Origin: Eledone cirrhosa
Taxonomy: Eukaryota
Direction: 5' to 3'
Assembly: GCA_964016885.1 (NCBI GenBank)
Contig: OZ024744.1
Location: forward strand, 78,740,001 to 78,804,000
Length of the DNA: 64,000 nt
The position numbers and the translations under genes were made by a program. A model generated the notes under the pieces. It was not told the origin of the DNA and made no database searches. It saw only the letters and a program-made list of their open reading frames with translations. Within the stretch, counting starts at the first letter, position 1, and each line of letters opens with the position of its first letter. Below, piece by piece: positions 11,916 through 24,264 of the stretch.

Positions 11916-11959
11916 ATATATATATTCATTAAAATAACAGATTAAAGTTTAAGCAAAGA

Positions 11960-12895
11960 ATCACTGCTTTCACCCTTAACGGGATCTTCTGAAACTAAAA
12001 AAAATCAATCTGTGAACGCAGAAGTAAATATTTCGAAAATCGTTGCAACCGAAGGAAAACAGGAAAACAATACTTTGGTTCATGAAGACGTTCCCTGGCA
12101 ATGAACGGAAAAAAGCGAAGATAATACGTCGTTATGTGGAGCGATGAGAACAATTACACGCAAAGACAAAACCACGTTTATGGTATAAATGGAGTCGTAG
12201 ACTAATATTCTATTTAGGAAACCGAATGATTCTCGGCTTCAGAGTTAAGAATAATGTAAATAAATTAGTAGAACGAAAATGGCTGAGGTTATTAAAATCA
12301 TAAAAGTAATAATAATTAAATATATTCATACACACATCTATATACGTACATACACGTGCATACGTAAAAACACACGCCATGCATACATATACATGCACGT
12401 ACACATAAACACGCGCACATGTACGTAAACCGGCGCGGCACATAAATATATGTGTGTGTGTGTGTGATATACAAATAATTATATATACATATATAAATAT
12501 ACACGCATAAATGCGTATATAACGCACACGCACACATGCCTACAGGTAAAACATATGTTCACCAAATGTACATATACCAAAACCCTATGTACACATATAC
12601 ACACCATACATATGTGCAAACACACATACACACTCATAATACCCAACAATAATCCATATATATATAAATATATATATACACATTCAATACATACATAAAT
12701 ACGTACAAATACATATATACAACGTTTTATCTTCACTTTTTTCCGTTAATTGCCAGGGAACGTCTTCACGAACCAAAGTATCGTCTTCCTGTTTTCCTTC
12801 AGTTGCAACGATTTTCGAAATATTTACTTCTGTGTTCACAGATTGATTTTTTTTTTTTAGTTTCAGAAGATCCTGTTAAGGGTGAAAGCAGCAAT
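11960..12895. mobile_element. MITE-like element with about 170-bp terminal inverted repeats
   Basis: 11963-12130 (ctgctttcacccttaacgggatcttctgaa...) is the inverted homolog of 12720-12890; the interior is CA/TA-rich. A third copy of the TIR lies at 20441-20610. Confidence 0.7.
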
Positions 12896-12909
12896 TTTAT
12901 ATATATATA

Positions 12910-13318
12910 TTTCGTTTTTGAATTTGTTTTGCAAGATTTCTTATCTGAAAATGTGTGTTGAAACAGATATTGTTATACTTTGGGAGGGTCATGCTGTTAA
13001 TAAAAACACACCCACCTGTAGGCTTTCACTTTAATTTATTATAAATTTCTGCTTGGCTGGTTGGTTCAATAACCAGATGGTTGTTTATATATTGTCAACA
13101 AAGTTCTTTCATCACACATTCTGTGACCTCCTCACTGACTGGGTTTTTATTATGTGTCTCTGAGAAGGGCACAGAATGTGTGACGAAAAAGCTAAATATA
13201 TAAACAACCATCTGGTTCTCGAACCAACCAACCGGAAATTTATAATAAATTGAAGTAAAAACCAACAGGGGGCGTGTGTTTTATTGGCAACATGACCCTC
13301 CCAAAATATAACAATATA
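12910..13318. mobile_element. Inverted pair of PLE pLTR copies (3717 family)
   Basis: 12968-13135 and 13162-13318 are diverged reverse complements; both hammerhead-like cores are mutated. Confidence 0.6.
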
Positions 13319-13327
13319 TATATATAT

Positions 13328-13764
13328 GTATTAAAGAGTTAAACAAGATTATACAAGTATATCAAAGAATGAGTTTTACAGTAGATTGGAGGCACTCTAC
13401 AGAAAATAATTTTCCAGAGTTATTAATATTAAAATACAAATATTAATAAAATAGATGTTCTTTTGATCAATTAAATTTTATTATACATATTTCAGAGGTA
13501 CAACAGTACGTCCTCATCAGACAAAATATAATGATACATGACATACCCTGAGATGTTAAATGGTTAAGATTTAATCAAGGTTTAATCAAGATTTAATCAA
13601 GGTAGACTACCTTGATTAAATCTTAACCATTTAACATCTCAGGGTATGTCATGTATCATTATATTTTGTCTGATGAGGACGTACTGTTGTACCTCTGAAA
13701 TATGTATAATAAAATTTAATTGATCAAAAGAACATCTATTTTATTCATATTTGTATTTTAATAT
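13328..13764. mobile_element. Near-perfect palindromic PLE pLTR with two intact minimal hammerheads
   Basis: Arms 13426-13580 and 13610-13764. Plus-strand ribozyme 13663-13715: AUUUUGU-CUGAUGA-GGACGUAC[UGUU]GUACCUCU-GAAA-U[AUGU]A-UA^AUAAAAU, with an identical minus copy at about 13475-13527. Confidence 0.8.
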
Positions 13765-13839
13765 ATATATATATATGTATGTATATATATATATATACAC
13801 AATAGGCAAAATGCTCAAATATAGATAGATACATTATAC

Positions 13840-14700
13840 ACATGTCCATTTTCTTCATATAGTCCAGCTTTTTGAGATTAGTCTCCCCCACTTCCTCTCA
13901 TGCCTTGCTAGTTTTTCTCTTCCACAGTTTCATTCACCTTCAATGCTCGGCACTTCCTTATACAGCTGCCATCTTCAATATACATTACATTCTCATATCA
14001 GCAGTCTTCTCTCTTGCACACTACATCTTATTTCTGTCATATCACAACTTATTTGTACTCTGTTGATCATGCATACTAATATTTCATATCCAATGCATTT
14101 AATGCCAATGTCTCACTACCTTGTAGCATCAAACTTTACACACAGATGTCATAACATTTGCCCTTTGCTCAAAGAGAGAATCTTTTTGTTGACAACAAAG
14201 TTAATAGCTCCCTGAACTTGTTCCAGACTGTTCTTACTCTAATTACAATGTTTTTGGTACTCTTACTTCTACTGCTAATTAGGTTGCATACATAATGGAA
14301 GATATCAATTACTTTTAGTGAGCCTTCCAAACATTGGAATGAATTTATTTTGTATGTACTCTTACTGCTAACTACTGCCATTGTCTATAAATGCGGTCCT
14401 ACTTTGTCTGCCTGTGATTTCACTACACTTCTTATGCATACATATTTTATACTAAGCACTCCATATAGATCATCTCCCTACTCTGTATTTTGAGCATGGC
14501 TATTTCCCTGATGGTAAAGGGTTCTGTTTTTATACTTACTAAAACTTTAGTCTCTGCTGGGTTTACTTTAAACCTCTCAATTCTAGGTTTTATGTCAATA
14601 TCTGGAATTTCTTCTCTGAATTTTCAAAGTATTCAGCCACAGATCTGGGAGAAACATGCCAGTAGATATCTATGTTTCTAAGTCTCTATCTCTCCTTCCT
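13840..14700 (-). mobile_element. Old RTE LINE fragment
   Basis: RVRTVWNKFRELLTLLSTKRFSL plus homology to the other RTE copies; highly degenerate. Confidence 0.65.
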
Positions 14701-14709
14701 CCATTCATA

Positions 14710-14740
<31 letters not shown>

Positions 14741-14774
14741 TTCTTCATTTAACGTCCATTTTCCACGCTAGCAT

Positions 14775-15330
14775 GGGTTAGAAGATCTATGCCCAATTAC
14801 ACCTCTCAAAGGCCGAAGCTGAAGCATATATACAGTATGTCCCTCTTCCCCCACCCAACCTTCCCACTGTAAAGTGGTCATGTAGGTGTCAAAAACAAAA
14901 AGCATCCAGCCCACACTGTAAAGTGGTCATGTAGGTGTCAAAAACAAAAAGCATCCAGCCCACACTGTGAAGTGGTCATGTAGGTGTCATAACAAAAAGC
15001 ACTCTGTCCACACTGTAAAGTAGTCATGTAGGTGTCACGACAAAAAGCACCCAGCACACACTGTATAGTGGTCATGTAGATGTCACGACAAAAAGTGCCA
15101 AGCCCAGACTGTGAAATGGATGTGTAGGTGTCATGACACAAAGCACCCAGTCCACACTGTAAAGTGGTTATGAAAGTGTCATGACAAAAAGCACCCAGTA
15201 CTCACTGTAAATGACATTGACATTAGGAAGGGCATCCAGCTGTAGAAACCAAGCCAAAGTCAGTTCTGTATGAGCAAGACATGGTCACCTGACCTAACAT
15301 TGCCCACAACAGGACAACTCATCTAACCCA
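14775..15330 (+). repeat. RTE-type 3' UTR with expanded internal ~41-bp tandem repeat
   Basis: About 8 copies of cactgtaaagtggtcatgtaggtgtca..aaaagcacccagc (14865-15210), followed by aagggcatccagctgtagaa. Confidence 0.75.
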
Positions 15331-15480
15331 CAGGTTCTCAACCTATTTAGGCCAAACGCCCACTTTTGTACCTCGAAATCACGAAACGCCCCCCCCCCCC
15401 CCCATATTTTTCCATTTTTCAATATATTACTGATTTTTATATCAGTAGATTACTAAAAAATTGATTAACAATATTCCAAA

Positions 15481-16090
15481 GATGTGTGTATTATCTGATT
15501 ATGTGTTGTATGTGGTCCTAGATGTGTGTATTATCTGATTATGTGTTGTATGTGGTCCTAGATGTGTGTATTATCTGATTATGTGTTGTATGTGGTCCTA
15601 GATGTGTGTATTATCTGATTATGTGTTGTATGTGGTCCTAGATGTGTGTATTATCTGATTATGTGTTGTATGTGGTCCTAGATGTGTGTATTATCTGATT
15701 ATGTGTTGTATGTGGTCCTAGATGTGTGTATTATCTGATTATGTGTTGTATGTGGTCCTAGATGTGTGTATTATCTGATTATGTGTTGTATGTGGTCCTA
15801 GATGTGTGTATTATCTGATTATGTGTTGTATGTGGTCCTAGATGTGTGTATTATCTGATTATGTGTTGTATGTGGTCCTAGATGTGTGTATTATCTGATT
15901 ATGTGTTGTATGTGGTCCTAGATGTGTGTATTATCTGATTATGTGTTGTATGTGGTCCTAGATGTGTGTATTATCTGATTATGTGTTGTATGTGGTCCTA
16001 GATGTGTGTATTATCTGATTATGTGTTGTATGTGGTCCTAGATGTGTGTATTATCTGATTATGTGTTGTATGTGGGTCCTAGATGTGTGT
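15481..16090. repeat. 40-bp minisatellite, 15 essentially identical copies
   Basis: gatgtgtgtattatctgattatgtgttgtatgtggtccta repeated; one extra G in the last unit. Confidence 0.97.
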
Positions 16091-16489
16091 GCTACCCGCT
16101 TCTGTTTTTTCTTTTCTTTTTTTTATTTGTAATATTATTTATACAATAGGGAATAAAATAGATCTACATAGTGTTAACTCATTGCAGCTGAGTCAATAAT
16201 TTCAGACATGAAATACATTGTTATCGGTGAAGGAAAGATAAGATTCTAACTGGCTGCGCTCAAAGTGTCTTTGACCCAGTTGACTGTAGGTTTTTCCATT
16301 TTTAGGATTTCAATTACCGGTTAACGTCTCAGTTACTGGACATGCCTGCACACCTGCTCACAGCTGTGGTCAGACTATAGATATGCTGTCTGCAAGCTCA
16401 TTCAAATACATTCACACTGGCTGTCTCAAAGACATACAAATATGGCTTATAAAACTTACCAAAATAAAGAGCTTTTCAGCGTGTAATTA

Positions 16490-16835
16490 CAGTGTGTAAT
16501 AAGGCTAGCCATTTGAATTGCAGGTACATGTTGCTGCATTACAGTGCAAGTGGGTGAGCATTCTATAGACACATATACTCTTAACATAATTCTTAAATTT
16601 CAGGGAGATTCAGTATCTCGCAGTGTGTAATAAGGCTAGCCATTTGAATTGCAGGTACATGTTGCTGCATTACAGTGCAAGTGGCTGAGCATTCCACACA
16701 CATATACCCTTAACGTAATTCTTAAATTCTCAGGGAGATTCAGCATCTCACAATGTGTAACAAGGCAAGCCATTTGAACTACAGGTACAAGTCAATTTTG
16801 TCTGCTGAGTGGATTATAACAATGTGAAATAAAGT
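16490..16835. repeat. ~131-bp tandem duplication (about 2.5 copies, SINE-derived)
   Basis: cagtgtgtaataaggctagccatttgaattgcaggtac recurs at 16490, 16621 and 16751. Confidence 0.8.
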
Positions 16836-17084
16836 ACCTCGAAATCACGAAACACACACGTGCACACACATGCATATATTCACACATAAACTCACACACA
16901 CACACACATATGATTGTGGTTGAACATTCAATGAACTGCTAGCATATCTCAAGTGAAATCAAGAACTTGGTCCTGAATTACTACAATCATTTCAAGTTGA
17001 GGAATACTTCTGGCATCAGCAAGGGAAATAAATATTAATAGGTTGTACCATTTCTGTTATTTCTTTTGCTCTTTGATAGTATCT

Positions 17085-17472
17085 AGTTATAAATTTCTGC
17101 GATTCTTTCACAACATGTAAAGAGAGAGGAGTCAATTGACTATCTCATACTACTCCTCTCTCTGTATGTCTGCTGTCTGCATGAATGTATGTGTGTGTGT
17201 GTGTGTGTAAAAGGAAGGAAAGAGATGGTGAAAAAAGCTATGCTTTGTGTGAGTATATGTGTATGTGTGTGTGCGTTTGTGTTTGTGGGAATGTATGTGG
17301 TTTTTTTTGCGTAAATGTATGTCCGTGAGTGTGTATTTTTGTAAGTGTGTCTGTGTTTCCGCATTTATATTTATATGCTTGTGCATATAAATGTATGCAT
17401 ATACACATGCACACATATACACACATATACACACATATACACACATGCATCAGTGTGTTGAAAAAGTTCTAG
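17085..17472 (-). mobile_element. Dispersed CA/GT-rich repeat, inverted homolog of 24767-25110
   Basis: Shared ends (taaatttctgcgattct...; tgtctgctgtctgcatgaatg; cagtgt...aaaaa.ttctag). Confidence 0.65.
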
Positions 17473-18479
17473 TGAAAAAAAGACATCAATGTCTGCTCCA
17501 ATCTCTGAAGCTCATCAGGTTGGTACTTTATTCTGGTTTAATTGGTGTTAAATGACTGAGAATACAAGATATCAATCTGGACAGAATGTAAGTTCATCGC
17601 AGATTAAATCCTTTAATCCCCTAGCTGGTACTGGTATTAATTTTCAGCTAAATGAACTGGGGCAATACGAAATGAACTGTTTTGCACAAGAATGCAACCC
17701 CAAATTGTCCAAGAATCAAACCCCTGACATTATGGTATTTATTTATTTATTTATGCAATTTAAACGTCTGTATAGAGCTAGTATCCACGAGAGACTCATG
17801 GAAGTTTCGAGTACTTCTTACAGTTGGTAATAAAAAAAAGAGCTAGTGAGACAAGTAATAAAAAAGAAAAGAAAAAAAGAAGAAAAAAACTAAAATAAAA
17901 ATAAAAATAATAAAAGGGGAAAACAAATAAAATAACAATACCCTAACCACAAAGTGAACACAGTGGTTAAATCAGCCAAGATATAATGCAGAGGCTCTCC
18001 ACCTAAGTCAGGTGTCTGGAAGTCCCCAATGAGAACTTGAGAGAAGTTAATTCAAACTTGGATAGAGAGACGATACAATCAAGGCTGGATTTTACATCGA
18101 GGTAGAAAGCAGATGCATTTAAAACATTAAAAACATTGAAATAATCAAAAATAGAAGGAGAGAGAAGTTGAGAGAAGTTAATTCAAATTTTACCATCCTC
18201 AACAACATTCACCACAGGGAGTAGAGGATCTTCCAGAGACTTGAGAAGCTTACCATCTGAGCAAAAATGAGTGTCAAGCCTGCCAATCAAAATATAAATG
18301 CACTAAGAGAAATTGCCATCCCCTTCATTTCAGAGTAACTGGTCAAGAGTCTGGGAAAGTTCTTTGTCTGAACATTGAAATAATCTGATGCCATTCAAAA
18401 GGAGAGAAAAAGACTTTGAAACCTAACTCACCAAGGTCAACAAGTCAGGCCTGTCTGGCAGATTCAAGGCCTGGACAGC

Positions 18480-19010
18480 TATCTGACTGACAGCTACAAA
18501 CATTTCTCCAACCAGTTTCTGATTGACAGATACATATCAATCTAGACAAGTAGCTGAAGTTCACACCACACATCATACCAATATTTCTACAAACAGTCTC
18601 TGACTGACAGCTACATGTCAGTCTAGTCAAGCAGCTGAAATTTCTACCACACATCATACCAACATTACCCTGTTCAATCTCTGATTGACAGCTACATGTC
18701 AATCTAGACAAGCAGCTGAAGTCCCCCACCAAACATCATACCAACATTGCTACAACCAGTCTCTGGTCAACAGCTATATATCTCTCTGGTCAAGCCACTG
18801 GCGTTCCCATCACACATCATACCAACATTGCTACAACCAGTCTCTGGTCAACAGCTATATATCTCTCTGGTCAAGCCACTGACGTTCCCATCACACATCA
18901 AACCAACATTACCCTGGTCAAGCCACTGACGTTCCCATCACACATCATACCAACATTACTCTGGTCAATCTCTGATTGACAGCTACATATCAGTCTAGAC
19001 AAGCAGTCAT
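18480..19010. repeat. Degenerate ~80-bp tandem repeat
   Basis: Recurrent gacagctaca...tctagacaagcagctgaa...cacatcataccaacatt; near-identical 81-bp pair at 18734 and 18815. Confidence 0.75.
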
Positions 19011-19497
19011 GATCACCACCATGCTTTCTATGACTAGATGTCCTTCCTAAAACCAACAACTAAATAAAGTGGTGTATTTATTCATGACACCAGCACTGAG
19101 AGAAGTTGTACTTGTTAGCAAAACAACTGATCATACTAGAACTTACACTGCTCTGGGAAGAGCATATTCAAATAGCCAATGAGAAGAAATGCACAAAGTA
19201 TCCAGCTAAAAATATTTTATTCTTACAATTCAGTCCCACACTGTAAATGTGGTTGGTGTTAGGAAGGGCATCCAGCTGTAGAAAACCTGCCAGACAGTCC
19301 TATGCGAGCAAGACAACCACTCTTGCCTCAAGTGGGAAAACTGCCGTCCAAACCCATGCAAGCGTGGAACATGGACGTTAAACGATGATGATGATGATGA
19401 CGATGAATTACTTTTTGTAGATTGTCATAAATAATCTTTTGTAGTTTCTCATCCTGCAACAATCCAACATTTCCTCCTAGCTAAGTTTTAGTTTATA

Positions 19498-20440
19498 CTA
19501 GCAGTGTATCCCGGCATTGCACAGGTAAGAACATTGGTAATAGCACCTCCAATGAGAAACGTTTATTTGTGAGTGCCTGTTAAAAACTCATGAAAATATA
19601 CCGAGAGGAAACTTGTTTTATTTGGAGAAAATTAAGAAGTTGAAAGTACAGTTTAGCTGTCTACGTGCATTGTTCATAGAAATATAGTTGAGCCCTTTCT
19701 TTTCATACTCCTTCTGTGACAGTTGTCCCTTGGCGTTTCCACTCTGTTTTGGTCTATTGGAGTAAATGTGAAAGAGAAAGTCACAGGTTAAGTTGGCAGA
19801 AGGTTCCAGTGTCATAGCAGTAAGGCGTAGGCTACTTACCTCAAAAGTTCATTCGCACTCTTTCCACTAAGTTACTCTTTCTCTCTATCCCTGTCAGTGC
19901 AGTCCCTTGCGAATTTCTCGTGTAGGCCTGGTGTAGATTTGCACCTGATCCATCTACTCGATGCACATGTCCGCTTTGTACGGCTTTTGGAGGAAGGAGT
20001 GACCAGCAGTACGTTATTCGGTATTATTATGAAAAGGTGTAGCAGAGAATCCCGCGTGAACTAACAGCTCGGGAGGAAACTGCTTACCTTGAAGGTTCAT
20101 TCGCCATCGTTCTTGTCAACGCTCCGTTTAGTTGGTATTTGTTGGTCTACTGTTAGATGAATGGCGCACAAAGGGTTAATGTTTATTGGCAAGAAGTTTT
20201 TTGATGAATGAAAGACAGGTTAAAGCGACCTACAATGTATCATTCTGCATTGATGTTAGCGGTTTTCTTTATTGTCAATGGTTTTTTTTGGATGAGACCC
20301 TTCTGTTTCTCCCTCAATAAACTGACTACTATGAAGACCATTCCATGTTGGTCTGCAGATGGAAATGCAAAATGCAATGGTGAATTTCAGTGGTAATGGG
20401 AGTCCTATGTAGCAGCAGTAACAGTGACATTGCTTACGTG
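19498..20440 (-). mobile_element. Helitron-like element (3' end at 19498; 5' end uncertain, possibly near 21553)
   Basis: Minus strand ends in hairpin cctgtgcaatgccggg, about 8 nt spacer, then CTAG|T. Confidence 0.55.
19618..20107 (-). pseudogene. Three-exon small basic protein gene (99 codons, one in-frame TAA) inside the Helitron-like element
   Basis: Exons 20107-20088, 19983-19840 and 19753-19618; donors AG|gtaagc and AG|gtaagt; introns 104 and 86 nt. Spliced frame: MANEPSSRTKRTCASSRW...RDREKE*LSGKSANELLRPKQSGNAKGQLSQKEYEKKG...FSK*. AATAAA lies at and after the stop. Confidence 0.6.
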
Positions 20441-20614
20441 TGCTTTCACCCTTAACGGGATCTTCTGAAATTAAAAAAAATCAATCTGCAAACGCAGAAG
20501 TAAATATTTTCGAAAAACGTTGCAACCGAAGGAAAACAGGAAGATGATATTTTGGTTCATTAAGATGTTCCTGGCAATGAATGGAAAATAGCGAAGAAAA
20601 TACATCATAATGTC

Positions 20615-20790
20615 ATAATTGTTTCTACTTTAGGCACAAGGCCAGCAATTACCCAGTGCATTACTGGTACTTTATTTTATCGACCCCGTAAGGATGAAAG
20701 GCAAAGTCAACCTCGGCGGGATTTGAACTCAGATCATAAAGGGACGTAACTATGCTGGAAAGCATGGCGTCCAACCCTCAACCAGCGCCT
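20615..20790 (-). mobile_element. tRNA-derived Nin/Deu-type SINE
   Basis: Reverse complement of the 9148 family (gggatttgaactcag B box, ggatgaaaggcaaagt core). Confidence 0.8.
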
Positions 20791-21002
20791 GGTAGAAATA
20801 GCAGCCAAATCTCCCCTAGATCACCCACAACTGTCTTCGGAAAAAGGAAGTCTATATTGAATAGTTAGCATATTTGTGTAGCAAATTTACTGTATAATTG
20901 ATAATTTAAAATAGACTGTACTATTAATAACTAAATGTAAAGTAAATCTAACAGTTTCCGTGTGTTCTTAAAATAGCTCTTGTATGATGTAAATGTTTCT
21001 GT

Positions 21003-21809
21003 TTAACCCTCTATATATACTATTGTATTTTTGTGGTAAAGACTTTATCATGCATAATTACCTCACATACCTCGAATCTATGAGATTTTAATATTATTTA
21101 TTTTGAGAACAATACCTTAATATCAGTATGAGTGGCCAGTTACAGCTGGTTTGAAAAGAAAGAGAATTCTGGTTGGATATGGCCAGTTTAAATGCTAAAG
21201 AGTTAAACCTTTAGCATTTACATTACTCTGTATATACTATTGTATTTTTGTGGTAAAGGCTTTATCTTACATAATTATCTATATATTACTAAAACTCTGT
21301 GATTGTGTGTTTGTCTGTAATTTACTACAGCCAAAACGGCGCATAATGGGAAAATACTTTGAAAAGAAGTTGCTTCTGAAATGGGAATATAAATAGAATA
21401 AAACAAGTTTCACGTAAATCGGAGCACAGGTTCCCAAGATACGGGTTTTTTTTTGGGGGGGCACCTTCGTAAATAGAGAGAGAAAAAGATAGAGTGAAAG
21501 GGATAGTGGTTGTGAGAGAGTAGACTGAAAATTTCATTTTACATTATATACATGTCTGTGTATATTTTAATTATTCAAAAATCATTTTTAAGTGAACTTG
21601 ATTTTTAAAAATATTTTTAAGTAAATGTGACACAACAGGTCACGGGTGGTCTAGTTTCACATAATATCAAATCTACGAGTTTTGATGTTATTTATTTTGA
21701 GAACAATTCCTTAACATCAGTACGGGTGGTGAGTTACAGCTGGTTTGAACAGAAAGAGGTGGGCGAATTCTGTTGGGATATGGCCAGTTTAAATACTAAA
21801 AGGGTTAAA
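21003..21809. mobile_element. piggyBac-like MITE copies with a nested Helitron-like piece
   Basis: TTAA-CC(C)TTTAGCATTT... and ...AAATGCTAAAG(A/G)GTTAA termini at 21003/21206 and 21204/21809; duplicated internal segments. Confidence 0.45.
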
Positions 21810-21934
21810 CAAACACAAGGTCTCAGATCAAGTACAGGGACGATTTAAAAATAAAAAGAAAACACTCCAAAGATTCTCCATTTACATTTACTAGTATGGA
21901 CATATGCACTCAATTACATGCATAGAGATTAATC

Positions 21935-22325
21935 ATACACACTCATGTAGACACACATACACACACACACACACAGAGGCTCACAGACACACAGACACAC
22001 ATACATACATACAGACACACGCACACAGACAGACACACACACACACAGACATACAGGCACACACACACACACACACACATACAGACAGAAACACATACAG
22101 ACATACAGACATAAGACACACACACACACGTACACACAAAGACACACAGACAGACATATGTACAGACACAGACAATCAGACACACATTCACAACCACTTA
22201 TGTACTACAGAAACATATCCACTTATAAGTTTACATTTACTAGTATGGACACAAGCATAGAGAGTAATCATACACACAGAGACACACACACAGACACACA
22301 CACAAACACACACATACACACACAA
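21935..22325. repeat. Compound (CA)n/(CAGA)n microsatellite
   Basis: Seen directly; it produces spurious HT/CV ORFs. Confidence 0.9.
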
Positions 22326-22664
22326 CCACTTATATACTAAAGAAACATATCCACTCATAATAAGTACATAATAAACACATAGTATTGTCTTTGTTTTTCC
22401 ATGCTAGCATGGGTGGTTACAAATCAAATAAACACTTTATTAGAGCTATTGTTCTCTTAGATGGGTTGGGAACCAGGTTTTGCTTAAAATATTCCATTTT
22501 TGGCATGGTTTCTATAACTAACACCAACAACTATATAGAGTGTACTGGGTGTATTTAATCGAGGCACCAGCAATAGGAGGTTGTTGGTCACATAATGATA
22601 TGGTTTCTATAGTCAGATGCCCTTCGTACACCAACCACTTTACAGAATGTATTGGGTGTGTTTA

Positions 22665-23140
22665 TTCCTAATATCAACCACTTTACAGAGTGTACTGGGT
22701 GTATTTAATCATAGCACCAGCACTTAGAGAATTTGTTATGTCTTTAATGTGACTGAAAATTTCTCCAAACCATTTTTGCCATGGCTTATAGTCAGGTGCT
22801 CTTCCTAATACCAACCACTTTACAGAGTGTACTGGGTGTATTTAATCATAGCACCAGCACTTAGAGAATTTGTTATGTCTTTAACGTGACTGAAAATTTC
22901 TCCAAACCATTTTTGCCATGGCTTATAGTCAGGTGCTCTTCCTAATACCAACCACTTTACAGAGTGTACTGGGTGTATTTAATCATAGCACCAGCACTTA
23001 GAGAATTTGTTATGTCTTTAACGTGACTGAAAATTTCTCCAAACCATTTTTGCCATGGCTTATAGTCAGGTGCTCTTCCTAATACCAACCACTTTACAGA
23101 GTGTACTGGGTGTATTTAATCATAGCACCAGCACTTAGAG
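22665..23140. repeat. 137-bp tandem repeat, about 3.5 near-identical copies derived from the RTE/SINE 3' tail
   Basis: caaccactttacagagtgtactggg at about 22675, 22812, 22949 and 23086. Confidence 0.9.
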
Positions 23141-23917
23141 GGGTTGCCATGTCTTTGATGTGACAGAACATTCCTCTATACTTTATGCTAACACCACTCA
23201 AATGTTAACCACTTTATGGAGTATATTGAAAGCACTGAGTGAATTTTATAGTGGAACCTACACTAGAAAGGTTACCTGGTTCTAAGACACACATGATCGA
23301 AAGTGAAAGTAGAGTGGGAAGGGTGATTAAGAGGAAAAGAGATATATGATTATGTGTGATCATACAGATGCCATGACAAAAAGCATCCATTTCACTCTGT
23401 GAGGTGTTTAAACTGGTAATGCTGGAGTCAATATAAAGCATCCAGCTATAGAGACCAAGCCAAAAATGGAATGTATAAGCATGACATAGTCACCTGACCA
23501 GCCTAGCCTCAGTACATGATAGCCAGTCAAACCCATACAAGTAGGGAAAATAGATGATGATGACGATGACAATGATGATGATGATGATGATGATGAGTGT
23601 GATGTAGAAGTGAATAATGGAGATAGCAAATGGTTTGGGGAGGACAAGTGAAGCTCGAAGGATGGAAACAGCAGCAAGTGAAGCATGAAGGATGGATAGG
23701 AACAAGGATGTGTGACAGAGATAATGGTACACACGCATACACACAGACACACACACATGCACACACACACACACACACAGACAAATACACACAGACGCAC
23801 ATACATACAGGGTACCAACTAACTTGAAAATGGTAATAAATGCAAGAAAAACATTGCAGAAATTCTGGGAAAATGATGAGAAAAAAAAAGAAAGTAGCAT
23901 AAATTACAATAGATTAC

Positions 23918-24252
23918 AATAGTGGTTAGAGCATTGGACTTGCAATCGAAAGGTTGTGAGTTCAATTCTCAGACCGGGCGAGATGTTGTTTCCTTGAGCA
24001 AGACACTTTATTTCACATTGCTCCAGTTTACTCAGCTGTAGAAATGAGATGATAGGGACTGGGGTCCCTATCATTCCACTGCAAAGTGGTCGTGGAGGTG
24101 CCACGGCAAAAAAGCACCCAGCACTCACTGTAAATGAGGTTGGTGTTAGGAAGGGCATCCAGCTGTAGAAATCAAGCCAGAATCAGTTCCCGTCACACCC
24201 TTGCAAGCAGGGAAAAGTGGACGTAAAATGAAATGATGATGATGATGATGAT
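23918..24252 (+). mobile_element. tRNA-headed CORE/Meta-type SINE with RTE-derived tail
   Basis: AGTGGTTAGAGC A box, GAGTTCAATTC B box, tccttgagcaagacacttt core, aagggcatccagctgtagaa, (GAT)n tail. Confidence 0.8.
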
Positions 24253-24264
24253 TGTTTATAGTTT

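Noticed and set aside
12210-12736. Cys/Val/Tyr-rich and His/Thr-rich short ORFs (also 17140-17450, 21904-22340, 23408-23900, 24795-25040)
   Set aside because: These are translations of CA/TG/TA microsatellites.
15481-16090. CRISPR-like regular repeat
   Set aside because: Units are contiguous with no unique spacers, the context is eukaryotic and no cas genes are present.
23918-23995. tRNA gene (also near 33070-33140 and 9150-9245)
   Set aside because: A and B boxes continue into SINE core and tail sequence with no complete cloverleaf; these are SINE heads.
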